Source of the DNA: Vulcanococcus sp. Clear-D1
GTDB taxonomy: Bacteria; Cyanobacteriota; Cyanobacteriia; PCC-6307; Cyanobiaceae
DNA: 64,000 nucleotides
Direction: 5' to 3'
Assembly: GCF_014654725.1 (NCBI RefSeq)
Contig: NZ_JACVZV010000010.1
Span: 10,404 to 74,403, forward strand
Shown here piece by piece: positions 30,565 to 37,947 of the stretch; within the stretch, counting starts at the first letter, position 1, and each line of letters begins with the position of its first letter. A model generated the notes under the pieces. The model ran no database searches. It saw only the letters and a list, made by a program, of their open reading frames with translations, and was not told where the DNA came from. The position numbers were made by a program, and so were the translations under genes.

Positions 30565-31476
30565 GTGTTGGGGAAGGCAGTTGTGATCTCGCTGGACAAC
30601 CTCGCCGCGCTTGATCACCTCATCTGGCTGCGCACCGGCCAACGGGCAGCCGAAGCGCTGGCCTGCGCACAGCCCACCGTGAGCCGCAACAGCCGCCGTT
30701 GCCTGGAGGTCTTCGGCCTGGAGCTGGCCCGCAGCCGCGGCGAATGGCGACTGGTCGGCGATACGGAGCTGCTCAACCTGGAGCGCTCCGTGCATCAGCA
30801 GTGGCGCTGGAGCCGCCGCTGCACCCTACGGCTCGAAGCCCAGCACTGGTCAGCACCAGGGCTGGATGGCCTAGACCTCACCAACTGGCAACGCGGCAAC
30901 TTCAACCAGCTCGAGTACGAACAGCCCCACGCCCTCCTGAAAGACGGGGTGATCGATGCCTGGATCTGCTCAGCACCGGATGCACCGGTGCGTGACGGAC
31001 TCACCGCCCTGCGGCTCACCACCATGCCGATGCATCTGATGGTGCCGGTGGGTCACCCACTGGTTGATCGGCGCGATCCGATCGCCTGGGATGACCTGTT
31101 GCCCTACCCGGTACTGCCTCTGCCCAATGGCAGCTTCCCGGTCTTTGAAGGCGTGCTGCGCCGATGCGGCCTCTTGCCCAGTGCAGAACGGGAACAGGCG
31201 ATGAAACAAGCCCCCTGGTTTGGGCAGGTGCCGGTGGAGTCGATGCTGATCGGCTACTCGTCGCCGCTCACCCTGCATCTGTTTGGCGACGAGTGGGTAC
31301 GCCTTCCGCAGCGTTTACCCGTAGACGTTGGCGATGTGCTGATGGTGCGTGATGCCTACCGCGATCACCCGCGCACCAAGGGCTTGTTCAACCTGCTGAT
31401 TGATCACCTCAGCCGCCTGGCTGCCCCGCACCCTGAGGTGACCGTGCACCGCAGCCCCGTGGCTTACGTCGTGTAG
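30565..31476 (+). CDS. LysR-type transcriptional regulator
   Basis: The N-terminal wHTH is 'LDHLIWLRTGQRAAEALACAQPTVSRNSRRCLEVFGLELARSRGEW', followed by a roughly 200-aa effector-binding-like domain. The start is GTG. The TAG stop at 31474-31476 lies inside the left att repeat. Confidence 0.7.
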   Translation: MLGKAVVISLDNLAALDHLIWLRTGQRAAEALACAQPTVSRNSRRCLEVFGLELARSRGEWRLVGDTELLNLERSVHQQWRWSRRCTLRLEAQHWSAPGLDGLDLTNWQRGNFNQLEYEQPHALLKDGVIDAWICSAPDAPVRDGLTALRLTTMPMHLMVPVGHPLVDRRDPIAWDDLLPYPVLPLPNGSFPVFEGVLRRCGLLPSAEREQAMKQAPWFGQVPVESMLIGYSSPLTLHLFGDEWVRLPQRLPVDVGDVLMVRDAYRDHPRTKGLFNLLIDHLSRLAAPHPEVTVHRSPVAYVV

Positions 31477-31487
31477 TCGGCGTTGAT
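31468..31487. repeat. left direct repeat (attL core) of the integrative element, an orphan copy of the argJ 3' end
   Basis: GTCGTGTAGTCGGCGTTGAT matches 36681-36700 at 18/20 positions. Its reverse complement encodes INADYTT plus a TAA stop at 31464-31466. Confidence 0.8.
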
Positions 31488-31541
31488 ATAGCACATTGCT
31501 CAGAACAGCTGCTATCATTGGAGTTTTGCATTCCTGAAAAG

Positions 31542-31599
31542 TGACACAGCCGTGACACAAGGCCTGTTGCCGCCCATCCCCTGACACAAACTTGACACA
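31542..31599 (+). promoter_or_regulatory. four direct TGACACA repeats (putative integrase arm-type sites, left arm)
   Basis: TGACACA occurs at 31542, 31553, 31582 and 31593, as two pairs with 11-bp spacing. They lie between attL and the integrase start. Confidence 0.6.
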
Positions 31600-31617
31600 C
31601 TCCTGCGTCGACCCACC

Positions 31618-32916
31618 GTGACCAAAAGCGAGGACGGAACACTTGTACTGAACAAGACAAAGATATTCAACGCCGAAAATTGCTATATCTACCAACGTGG
31701 AGGAACCAAGTCAAAATACTGGCAGTTTTATTATTGGGATTCAGAGGGAAGGGAAGGGTTCAGAATTAGAAGATCACTAAGGACCAAAGACTTTCTAACC
31801 GCCCAATCACTTGCCCAGAAAGAATATATCAACATCAAAGCAAAAATCCAGAACGAAGAGTCACTGCAAACGCTAACAGTCGGAGAAATGGCGAGGATAT
31901 TTCTTGCCAAGAAGAAGTCTACAATAAGCTCGGCACCACACGCAGGGGTGACACCAGAAACTTATCGAGTGCTGAAGAATAAATGCAGGAAGTTAATTGA
32001 CTACCTTGGAGAAAACACAAGAGTTGATCACCTCAAACGAAATGCATTTGAAGGCTATGAGCAGTGGCGAAGAGATGGACACGGAGGCAAGATACCTAAA
32101 ACAAAAACAACAATCAAGGCTGAACTATCTACCTTTAAATCTGTTATTCAGAATATCGCAGTCAAAGATAAGAGAGTAATTAGCAATTCCCCAGACATCC
32201 CTGAGATCAAGGTACCTCGCACCGAAGCACGACACAGGAGGAATCACTTTAGAGACGACGAACTAAAAATACTACTTAGAACAATACATGAATGGAAAGA
32301 AGAAGATGTAATCAGGAAAACAGCAGGGCTTCACAGGAAAATAATTGCTTGCGCCATAGAGTTAATGCTGAATAGCGGAATTCGTGTTGGCGCAGCAAAG
32401 AAAATCAGATGGCGTGACATAAGAATTAATTCTAGAGACAGCCGAGAGCAGCAGAGGCTCTACAGAATTATTACGGTGCCGCCAGAGAATAACAAGACCG
32501 GCAAGGAATATGAATGCAATTGCGAGGTAGCACTTGTGCTGAATCGGCTGAGGACAGTTTCTAGCTTCACCAAGTCAAGTGACCTACTATTCTGCAATCA
32601 GAAAGACGGAAAATCTTTTTCTTCTAGGATTTGGGCAGATGCCTGGAACCAAATAATTGCTAAAAGCAAGCTTGAAAACGATACAGGCAGAAAGTTTTCG
32701 TACTACTCTTTAAGACACACCTATGCAACCATATCACTAGCAAACAAAGTTCCACTGCAACTTCTTGCATCAAACATGGACACAAGCACTAAGTATATTC
32801 AAGACCATTATTATCACCATGAGCCCGAAGGATTGACGGCGGAACTTAATCCTATAAAAAGAACGAGAAAACTAACAGGGGGCGAAATGTACAGCACATA
32901 TGTTACGCCACAATGA
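31618..32916 (+). CDS. int: tyrosine site-specific recombinase (phage-type integrase)
   Basis: The C-terminal catalytic region contains 'NSGIRVGAAKKIRWRDI' (Arg I), 'YSLRHTYATISL' (HxxR) and 'STKYIQDHYYHH' (Tyr nucleophile region). The start is GTG. Confidence 0.85.
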   Translation: MTKSEDGTLVLNKTKIFNAENCYIYQRGGTKSKYWQFYYWDSEGREGFRIRRSLRTKDFLTAQSLAQKEYINIKAKIQNEESLQTLTVGEMARIFLAKKKSTISSAPHAGVTPETYRVLKNKCRKLIDYLGENTRVDHLKRNAFEGYEQWRRDGHGGKIPKTKTTIKAELSTFKSVIQNIAVKDKRVISNSPDIPEIKVPRTEARHRRNHFRDDELKILLRTIHEWKEEDVIRKTAGLHRKIIACAIELMLNSGIRVGAAKKIRWRDIRINSRDSREQQRLYRIITVPPENNKTGKEYECNCEVALVLNRLRTVSSFTKSSDLLFCNQKDGKSFSSRIWADAWNQIIAKSKLENDTGRKFSYYSLRHTYATISLANKVPLQLLASNMDTSTKYIQDHYYHHEPEGLTAELNPIKRTRKLTGGEMYSTYVTPQ

Positions 32917-33006
32917 ATTCAATAAAAGGATGGAAATACGAGGGAAGGGAAAGCGATCAACTATTAGTATAAAAGATGACTGATATAGATTTGCGAACTC
33001 AAAAGA

Positions 33007-33399
33007 TCATTCCTCCTCATACTTAGAGAATGAGGTGAGATAACTTTTTGAAGGTTCAACATTTTCATCCTCTGAGTATGATACAGCATAGACCACAGCT
33101 GTCTGAGAGCCCGAGGCACCGAAGTCCTGATTAATTGTTGAGGCTTCAGTTTCTCCAAGGTGCTTACCCAGCCACAGTATATCCTCAGGAGTTAATGAGC
33201 CAAATGGATTATCTTCATCTTGACGGTTAACCCAGCAAATAGGATCAAGAGAATCCCAATTGCAAGCCTGCACATCATCAACATCTATTTCGTACACTAC
33301 AACTTTTGCAAAGTCAAAATTCATATCAAGCTCATCATCAAGCTTTGCCCAAAGAGACTCTTTATCATCATCCTCAAGGGAATCAAAAAGGCTTTCCAT
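33007..33399 (-). CDS. small, extremely acidic hypothetical protein (130 aa)
   Basis: The sequence starts 'MESLFDSLEDDDKESLWAKLDDELDMNFDF..' and ends '..SYSEDENVEPSKSYLTSFSKYEEE'. Roughly one residue in four is D or E and very few are K or R. I recognise no family. Confidence 0.5.
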   Translation of the reverse strand: MESLFDSLEDDDKESLWAKLDDELDMNFDFAKVVVYEIDVDDVQACNWDSLDPICWVNRQDEDNPFGSLTPEDILWLGKHLGETEASTINQDFGASGSQTAVVYAVSYSEDENVEPSKSYLTSFSKYEEE

Positions 33400-33533
33400 G
33401 CAAAAAGGCGGTATTCTCTACTTCTCCATCATAGCGCCTACCGCTAGAACAGGCAACCTACTAGAGAAACGGTCAACGATGCAGACAAACTCAAGAATAA
33501 ATCAAATATAATAGAATTGCCAGAAAGAATGAG

Positions 33534-34160
33534 TCAGCCCCTAGAGTGAATGGCAGCTGCCAATTTCTCCCAAGACGCATGAGCCCCTTTGTAGTTACAT
33601 CCAGGAGGTGCTGCCGAAAACGCACTTACATACTGATTAAATCCAACTTTACGCAACCTTCTTTGAGACTTTCCACCTAATGCGCATACAACAGCATTTG
33701 GAAACAACTTGATCTCCTCTAAGAGGTAATTTGTAACGCAAGCTTTTTCTATGCCAATAGGAATAGTGCCACTCTCCTTCTCTGCTGAGCAAAGGACAGA
33801 ATCAGTCAAGAGAGACTTGCAGAGTTGCTGATCGAAAGTTAAGCCTGGAAAACACATATCTAGAATTAATCGTACCCTTTTATGAAACAGATCAGTCTGA
33901 GAGCGATAGCATTCTTCGGTATATCTTATTGAATCATCAAGAGAAGAAAACGACTCAGATTCATGCGGGTCTCCAGGCTCTGCAAAAATCAAAATCAGCT
34001 CAACTTCTTCTGGTTTTCCATTGGCACCACATATGCCTCTTGGAGCAAAACCCTTGGACGGACAGAATTTTATACTTTTGCATGATGACTCTAGGAGAGG
34101 GCAAGGAGACCAGGCTTGCTGCAAAAGCTTCAGCAGAGAGCTATTCATGCTAGACAGCAA
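33534..34160 (-). CDS. uracil-DNA-glycosylase-superfamily-like protein (divergent)
   Basis: The layout resembles family 4/5 UDGs. N-terminal Cys residues come first ('CPLLESSCKSIKFCPS'). 'ELILIFAEPGDPHE' matches the motif A region (GE.PG). 'VLCSAEK..ACVTNYLLEEIKLFPNAVVCALGGKSQRRL' follows. 'FSAAPPGCNY' occupies the place of the HPS motif B. This is pattern recall only and has not been searched. Confidence 0.4.
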   Translation of the reverse strand: MLSSMNSSLLKLLQQAWSPCPLLESSCKSIKFCPSKGFAPRGICGANGKPEEVELILIFAEPGDPHESESFSSLDDSIRYTEECYRSQTDLFHKRVRLILDMCFPGLTFDQQLCKSLLTDSVLCSAEKESGTIPIGIEKACVTNYLLEEIKLFPNAVVCALGGKSQRRLRKVGFNQYVSAFSAAPPGCNYKGAHASWEKLAAAIHSRG

Positions 34161-34273
34161 TAACTTAGTTTGAAGTATATCCCATCTGCTCTTTTCGTCA
34201 AGCGACAGGGTTGACAGCGCAAGGGACTAGCGCTATAATAAGTCTGCCAGGCTTCAGACATATTAACTAAAAC

Positions 34274-34292
34274 CTATATAAATAGTATTGAC
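34274..34292 (+). promoter_or_regulatory. 19-bp repeat copy 1 (CTATATAAATAGTATTGAC), a putative operator/promoter
   Basis: It matches 35364-35382 at 18/19 positions. It contains the near-palindrome CTAT-ATAA-ATAG and runs into a TTGAC(G) -35-like hexamer, with TATTCA 17 nt downstream. Confidence 0.5.
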
Positions 34293-34532
34293 GCAATGCT
34301 GTCAGGCCAATATTCACATATTCTATCCAATTTGGGTCAAGCAGATGCCGCTCAGTTTGTTTAGAAGTAAATATTTTCCTTGCCAGGACAGGGATTACCT
34401 GGAGGTTATTGGTGTCTCCAATGAAACAGAGGATAACTCCAGAATCAATCATTAAGCCTTTTTCAGGTAAGTCTCCAGCATCCCCTCCTATTATAATACA
34501 TAAAGAATTAATGTTATATCCTCAATTGCAGT

Positions 34533-35168
34533 ATGACCCAAATGAAAACCAACAGCAAAGGAAAAATAGCCAGAAATTGGCTTTTGGGTAGCCAGTCATT
34601 AAATCAACACTTAAGAAGCTTATCGTCAAAAGGATTTTGGAGCCAGGTATTCAAAGAATACATCTCCTACCAATTCGATTCGGTTTTTAAACCATCATAC
34701 TTTGGGACTATCTGCTGGACACCATTCTTATTTGAATTTAATGAAGCAGTGAAGGAGACAAGCCACTTTAAGAATAAGTTTCTTACGGCTTTATGCGACT
34801 GCAAGTTGTATCAGATACCACATTTACCAGACAGGCCTAGAATAATCTTTTTCCATGAGACAAAAGAAACTCTAGTCAATCCAACATCTTCTAATCCGAA
34901 GTACAAACGTGCCCTGCATACCCATTTTCACCTAGAGGGCTCTGACAAGATTCCCGATGTTCATTATCTCAATATGCTTATCCAGGCCAAAGTAAGGCCA
35001 GGATTTGACAGGCTAAAACGGAGAGATACTGCCTTACATAAGGCTATTGTCATCCAAGATTGGATTAGAGATTTTCATGCAGACTATAATCTGAAGGACT
35101 TCTGCTCTAATAGATATCGCCAAGATGGTGACTTAGTGATCGACTACAAGAACTCCGATCTGGGATAA
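34533..35168 (+). CDS. hypothetical protein with HUH-endonuclease-like motifs (possible rolling-circle Rep/relaxase-type protein)
   Basis: The ordered motifs are 'KFLTAL' (FLTLT-like motif 1), 'ALHTHFHLEG' (HUH motif 2) and 'FHADYNLKDF' (YxxK motif 3). Spacing is about 47 and 55 aa, like the pC194/pUB110-type Rep layout. Motif-level only. Confidence 0.35.
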   Translation: MTQMKTNSKGKIARNWLLGSQSLNQHLRSLSSKGFWSQVFKEYISYQFDSVFKPSYFGTICWTPFLFEFNEAVKETSHFKNKFLTALCDCKLYQIPHLPDRPRIIFFHETKETLVNPTSSNPKYKRALHTHFHLEGSDKIPDVHYLNMLIQAKVRPGFDRLKRRDTALHKAIVIQDWIRDFHADYNLKDFCSNRYRQDGDLVIDYKNSDLG

Positions 35169-35363
35169 GTACTCAGATGCAGAATCAATGAATTTATTTG
35201 ACTTTTAGGTTTCCAAGGCCTCATATAGCCAATCTTGGATTACAGGTTCAGTTTCTAGGGTTTTTCTGGTATTTTCACTGGAGTTTAGTGGGGTTCTGAT
35301 TCATGTACCTGCGGAATGCCCTTTGGCCTAGTTTCCGCATCATCTCTAGAGCAAGGCGGGAAG

Positions 35364-35382
35364 CTATATAAATAGTAGTGAC
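35364..35382 (+). promoter_or_regulatory. 19-bp repeat copy 2 (CTATATAAATAGTAGTGAC), a putative operator/promoter
   Basis: It is 18/19 identical to copy 1. It lies about 70 nt upstream of the RHH-like ORF at 35450. Confidence 0.5.
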
Positions 35383-35449
35383 TTCAGGATATTTACGCCT
35401 ATAGCATAGTTCTGCAGTCGTCAAAGAATTCAATCTATCGAAATCCAGT

Positions 35450-35632
35450 ATGCAAACTATCTATCGCAAGGGATTGGTATTTCAGGTAAGTTTAAAGTGC
35501 AGGGAATCCGAGAGACTTCTCCAGCAAAGGAATGAGTTGATGGACTACTATAAAATGGATTGCTCTGGCTTGATAAAGCATTTGATCTCAAAGGAGCATT
35601 ATTCAATAAGAAGGCAACTTAACTTGGTCTGA
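35450..35632 (+). CDS. small ribbon-helix-helix (CopG/Arc-like) DNA-binding protein candidate
   Basis: 'GLVFQVSLKCRESERLLQQRNELMDYYKMDCSGLIKHLISKEH' fits a beta-strand/helix/helix pattern. A further 46-codon ORF (35635-35775) follows 2 nt later. Confidence 0.35.
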   Translation: MQTIYRKGLVFQVSLKCRESERLLQQRNELMDYYKMDCSGLIKHLISKEHYSIRRQLNLV

Positions 35633-35761
35633 TTATGCTGAGCTCAGAAACCAGAAAGATCATCAGGAAGATCAGGGAGACCTGCAAAGATCCATTGACC
35701 AAGAAGCCAAGCTTTAAGTCAGACGATGAAGTTATTGAATTTGCAATAATGAGCCTAGATC

Positions 35762-36340
35762 TCAAGATGCGTTGACGTGATCCTTGAGAATCCTCTGGAC
35801 AGTGGCCAGAGACAGACCTGTTTGATCACGAATAGATCTGTAAGACTCACCTTCATCACGCAGTCGGACCACAAGGCGTTCCTTTTTGTCTGAGGTCTTT
35901 GGACGGCCACCAAGGTTGCCACCAGTTCGTCTGCGGTGCTCTACAGATTCTCTGGTGCGCTCCTGGATCAGAGAGCGTTCAACCTCTGCAAGGCCCGTTA
36001 GCAGGCCAATGACCAATGGCGCCAGCTTTCCAAGACCACTGGTATTGATCAAGCCATCCAAGGTGCGGACATAGACCCCTTGGATCTGAAGCTCGTTGAG
36101 TCGGTTGATTACTTCGACTTGTGATCTCCCAAGTCGATCCAGCTTTGACACGACTAATTCATCACCTTTCTGCAAGAAGTCAAGACACTTTCGTAACTGG
36201 CTGCGCTTTTCCAGTGGTGCTCTTGACGAGACCTTCTCAGCAAACACCTCGCTGCATCCTGCGGCCCTTAACTCTGCGATCTGGGCCTCAGTGTCTTGAT
36301 GGGCTGTTGAGCACCTTGCGTAGCCAATGGATTGCCCCAT
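35762..36340 (-). CDS. serine recombinase (resolvase/invertase family)
   Basis: 'IGYARCSTAHQDTEAQIAEL', 'LVVSKLDRLGRS' and 'GLAEVERSLIQERT' are catalytic-domain signatures. The C-terminal HTH is 'SYRSIRDQTGLSLATVQRIL'. Confidence 0.9.
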   Translation of the reverse strand: MGQSIGYARCSTAHQDTEAQIAELRAAGCSEVFAEKVSSRAPLEKRSQLRKCLDFLQKGDELVVSKLDRLGRSQVEVINRLNELQIQGVYVRTLDGLINTSGLGKLAPLVIGLLTGLAEVERSLIQERTRESVEHRRRTGGNLGGRPKTSDKKERLVVRLRDEGESYRSIRDQTGLSLATVQRILKDHVNAS

Positions 36341-36374
36341 AGCTCAAAACCCAGTGGGTATCCGAACAGAGCAA

Positions 36375-36572
36375 TCATACAGTGTTTCTGGTACGCATTT
36401 TTCTTTGTATGCACTTGCATTTAGATCGTGCTAAGAACCCCTGCGTTTTCATACACGGCTGGACACTCAGCGCAGCCAAAAGGCCGCCAAGCCCCAGGAG
36501 CTCTCCACTCGCAATGGCCATAAAGCCGCTTAGCGAGCCCATCGGCCAGCCAATCCCCACGCCCCAGAACAA
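36375..36572 (-). CDS. possible small hydrophobic protein with a basic tail (65 aa)
   Basis: 'MFWGVGIGWPMGSLSGFMAIASGELLGLGGLLAALSV' is followed by 'KCKCIQRKMRTRNTV'. Codons are GC3-rich. It lies directly upstream of, and co-oriented with, the serine recombinase. An overlapping plus-strand ORF (36382-36609) cannot be excluded. Confidence 0.3.
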   Translation of the reverse strand: MFWGVGIGWPMGSLSGFMAIASGELLGLGGLLAALSVQPCMKTQGFLARSKCKCIQRKMRTRNTV

Positions 36573-36613
36573 AAAGACCGCTATCGAGCAGCCCAGAGAA
36601 TGGGCATAATCGG

Positions 36614-36631
36614 TGACACAGCTGTGACACA
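36614..36631 (+). promoter_or_regulatory. two direct TGACACA repeats (putative arm-type sites, right arm)
   Basis: GTGACACAGCTGTGACACA (36613-36631) is 18/19 identical to GTGACACAGCCGTGACACA (31541-31559), with the same orientation and the same 11-bp spacing. Confidence 0.6.
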
Positions 36632-36676
36632 GAGATTTTCAGGCTCTTAGAAGCACTGCAGCACAAGGGATCTTGA

Positions 36677-37906
36677 CTAGGTAGTGTAATCGGCGTTGAT
36701 CCGCACGTATTGATCGGAGAGGTCGCATCCCCAGGCGCAGCCGCTGCTGGAGCCAGCGCCAACCTGAATGCGAATCAGCACCGTGTCGTCTTTGAGGTAG
36801 GCACCAGCCGCCCGATCGCGCATGTAAGCCGAAGCCGAGGGGCGATCGAAGGCGAGGGGTTGGCCAGCCGCCATCAGCTGGTGCTCACCGAGCCACAGCG
36901 CTACCGCATCAGGATCCATCGGCACGCCGGCGCGGCCGGCGGCGGCCACGATGCGGCCCCAGTTGGGATCGCGGCCGTGCACGGCGCACTTCACCAGGGA
37001 GGAGCCACAGATCGTACGGGCGATGGCACGGGCAGCGGCGTCATCGCTGGCGCCCTCCACCTGCACCTCGATCAGACAGGTGGCACCTTCGCCATCCCGA
37101 GCGATGGCTTGAGCCAGGTGTTGCGACACCGCTGTCAGGCCGGCCTCCAACGCCTCGTAATGCTCGGGGTTCAGGGGCTCACCGGCTGCAAACGCCAGGT
37201 ACGTGTCGTTGGTGCTGGTGTCGCCATCCACCGTGATCGCATTGAAGGAGCGATCCACCGCCCGCTTCACCATCGCCTGCCACACATCGGCCGGCACGCC
37301 GGCGTCGCAACTGAGATAGCCGAGCATGGTGGCCATGTTCGGGTGAATCATTCCCGAGCCCTTGGCCATGCCGCCGATGCGCACGCGGCGGCCACCCAGC
37401 TCGGCCTCAAGAGCGATTTGCTTGTCGATGAGGTCGGTGGTGAGGATTGCCGTAGCGGCAGCGGAACCACCCTCAGGGCTGAGCGCTTCAACCAAGGGAT
37501 CAATCCCCGCCAAGAGGGTGTCCATCGGGATCGGCACGCCGATCACACCCGTGGAGCAGATCAGCACCTCCTCGGCCGTTAGCCCCAGACGATCCGCCAT
37601 GGCCTGGGTGGCGCGCTGGCTATCGATCAGGCCCCGATCACCGGTGCAGGCATTGGCCTGGCCGGAATTGGTGAGCACCGCCCGGGCCCGGCCTCCGCTG
37701 GCCTGCAGCCGCTCGGCGCACAGATCCACGCAGGCGGCTCGCACCAGTGAGGTGGTGAAGGTACCGGCGCAAACGGCGCCTTCCGGCGCCAGCACGAGGG
37801 AGAGATCAGGCTTGCCGGAGGCCTTCAGGCCCGCCGTGATGCCGGCGGCGAGAAAGCCTTGCGGGGCCGTGACGCCGCCGGAGATGGGCTGCCAGGGATG
37901 CGTCAC
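36677..37906 (-). CDS. argJ: bifunctional ornithine acetyltransferase / N-acetylglutamate synthase
   Basis: The autoprocessing site context 'PNMATMLGYLSCDA' is present, along with 'GMAKGSGMIHP' and the C-terminal 'YVRINADYTT'. Confidence 0.93.
   Translation of the reverse strand: MTHPWQPISGGVTAPQGFLAAGITAGLKASGKPDLSLVLAPEGAVCAGTFTTSLVRAACVDLCAERLQASGGRARAVLTNSGQANACTGDRGLIDSQRATQAMADRLGLTAEEVLICSTGVIGVPIPMDTLLAGIDPLVEALSPEGGSAAATAILTTDLIDKQIALEAELGGRRVRIGGMAKGSGMIHPNMATMLGYLSCDAGVPADVWQAMVKRAVDRSFNAITVDGDTSTNDTYLAFAAGEPLNPEHYEALEAGLTAVSQHLAQAIARDGEGATCLIEVQVEGASDDAAARAIARTICGSSLVKCAVHGRDPNWGRIVAAAGRAGVPMDPDAVALWLGEHQLMAAGQPLAFDRPSASAYMRDRAAGAYLKDDTVLIRIQVGAGSSSGCAWGCDLSDQYVRINADYTT
36681..36700. 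repeat. right direct repeat (attR core), the functional 3' end of argJ
   Basis: GTAGTGTAATCGGCGTTGAT is the repeat. Its reverse complement encodes INADYTT, followed by the TAG stop at 36677-36679. Confidence 0.8.
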
Positions 37907-37947
37907 GGCGGGCGCTGCTTACTCGAATCCTGCGATTCTGAGCGCTG

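Larger units (their letters stand above)
31468..36700. mobile_element. integrative element of about 5.2 kb inserted in the 3' end of argJ
   Basis: It is flanked by 20-bp direct repeats 5,213 bp apart. A tyrosine integrase lies next to attL and a serine recombinase next to attR. Arm-type repeats sit at both ends. The interior is visibly AT-rich, whereas both flanks are GC-rich. Confidence 0.8.
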
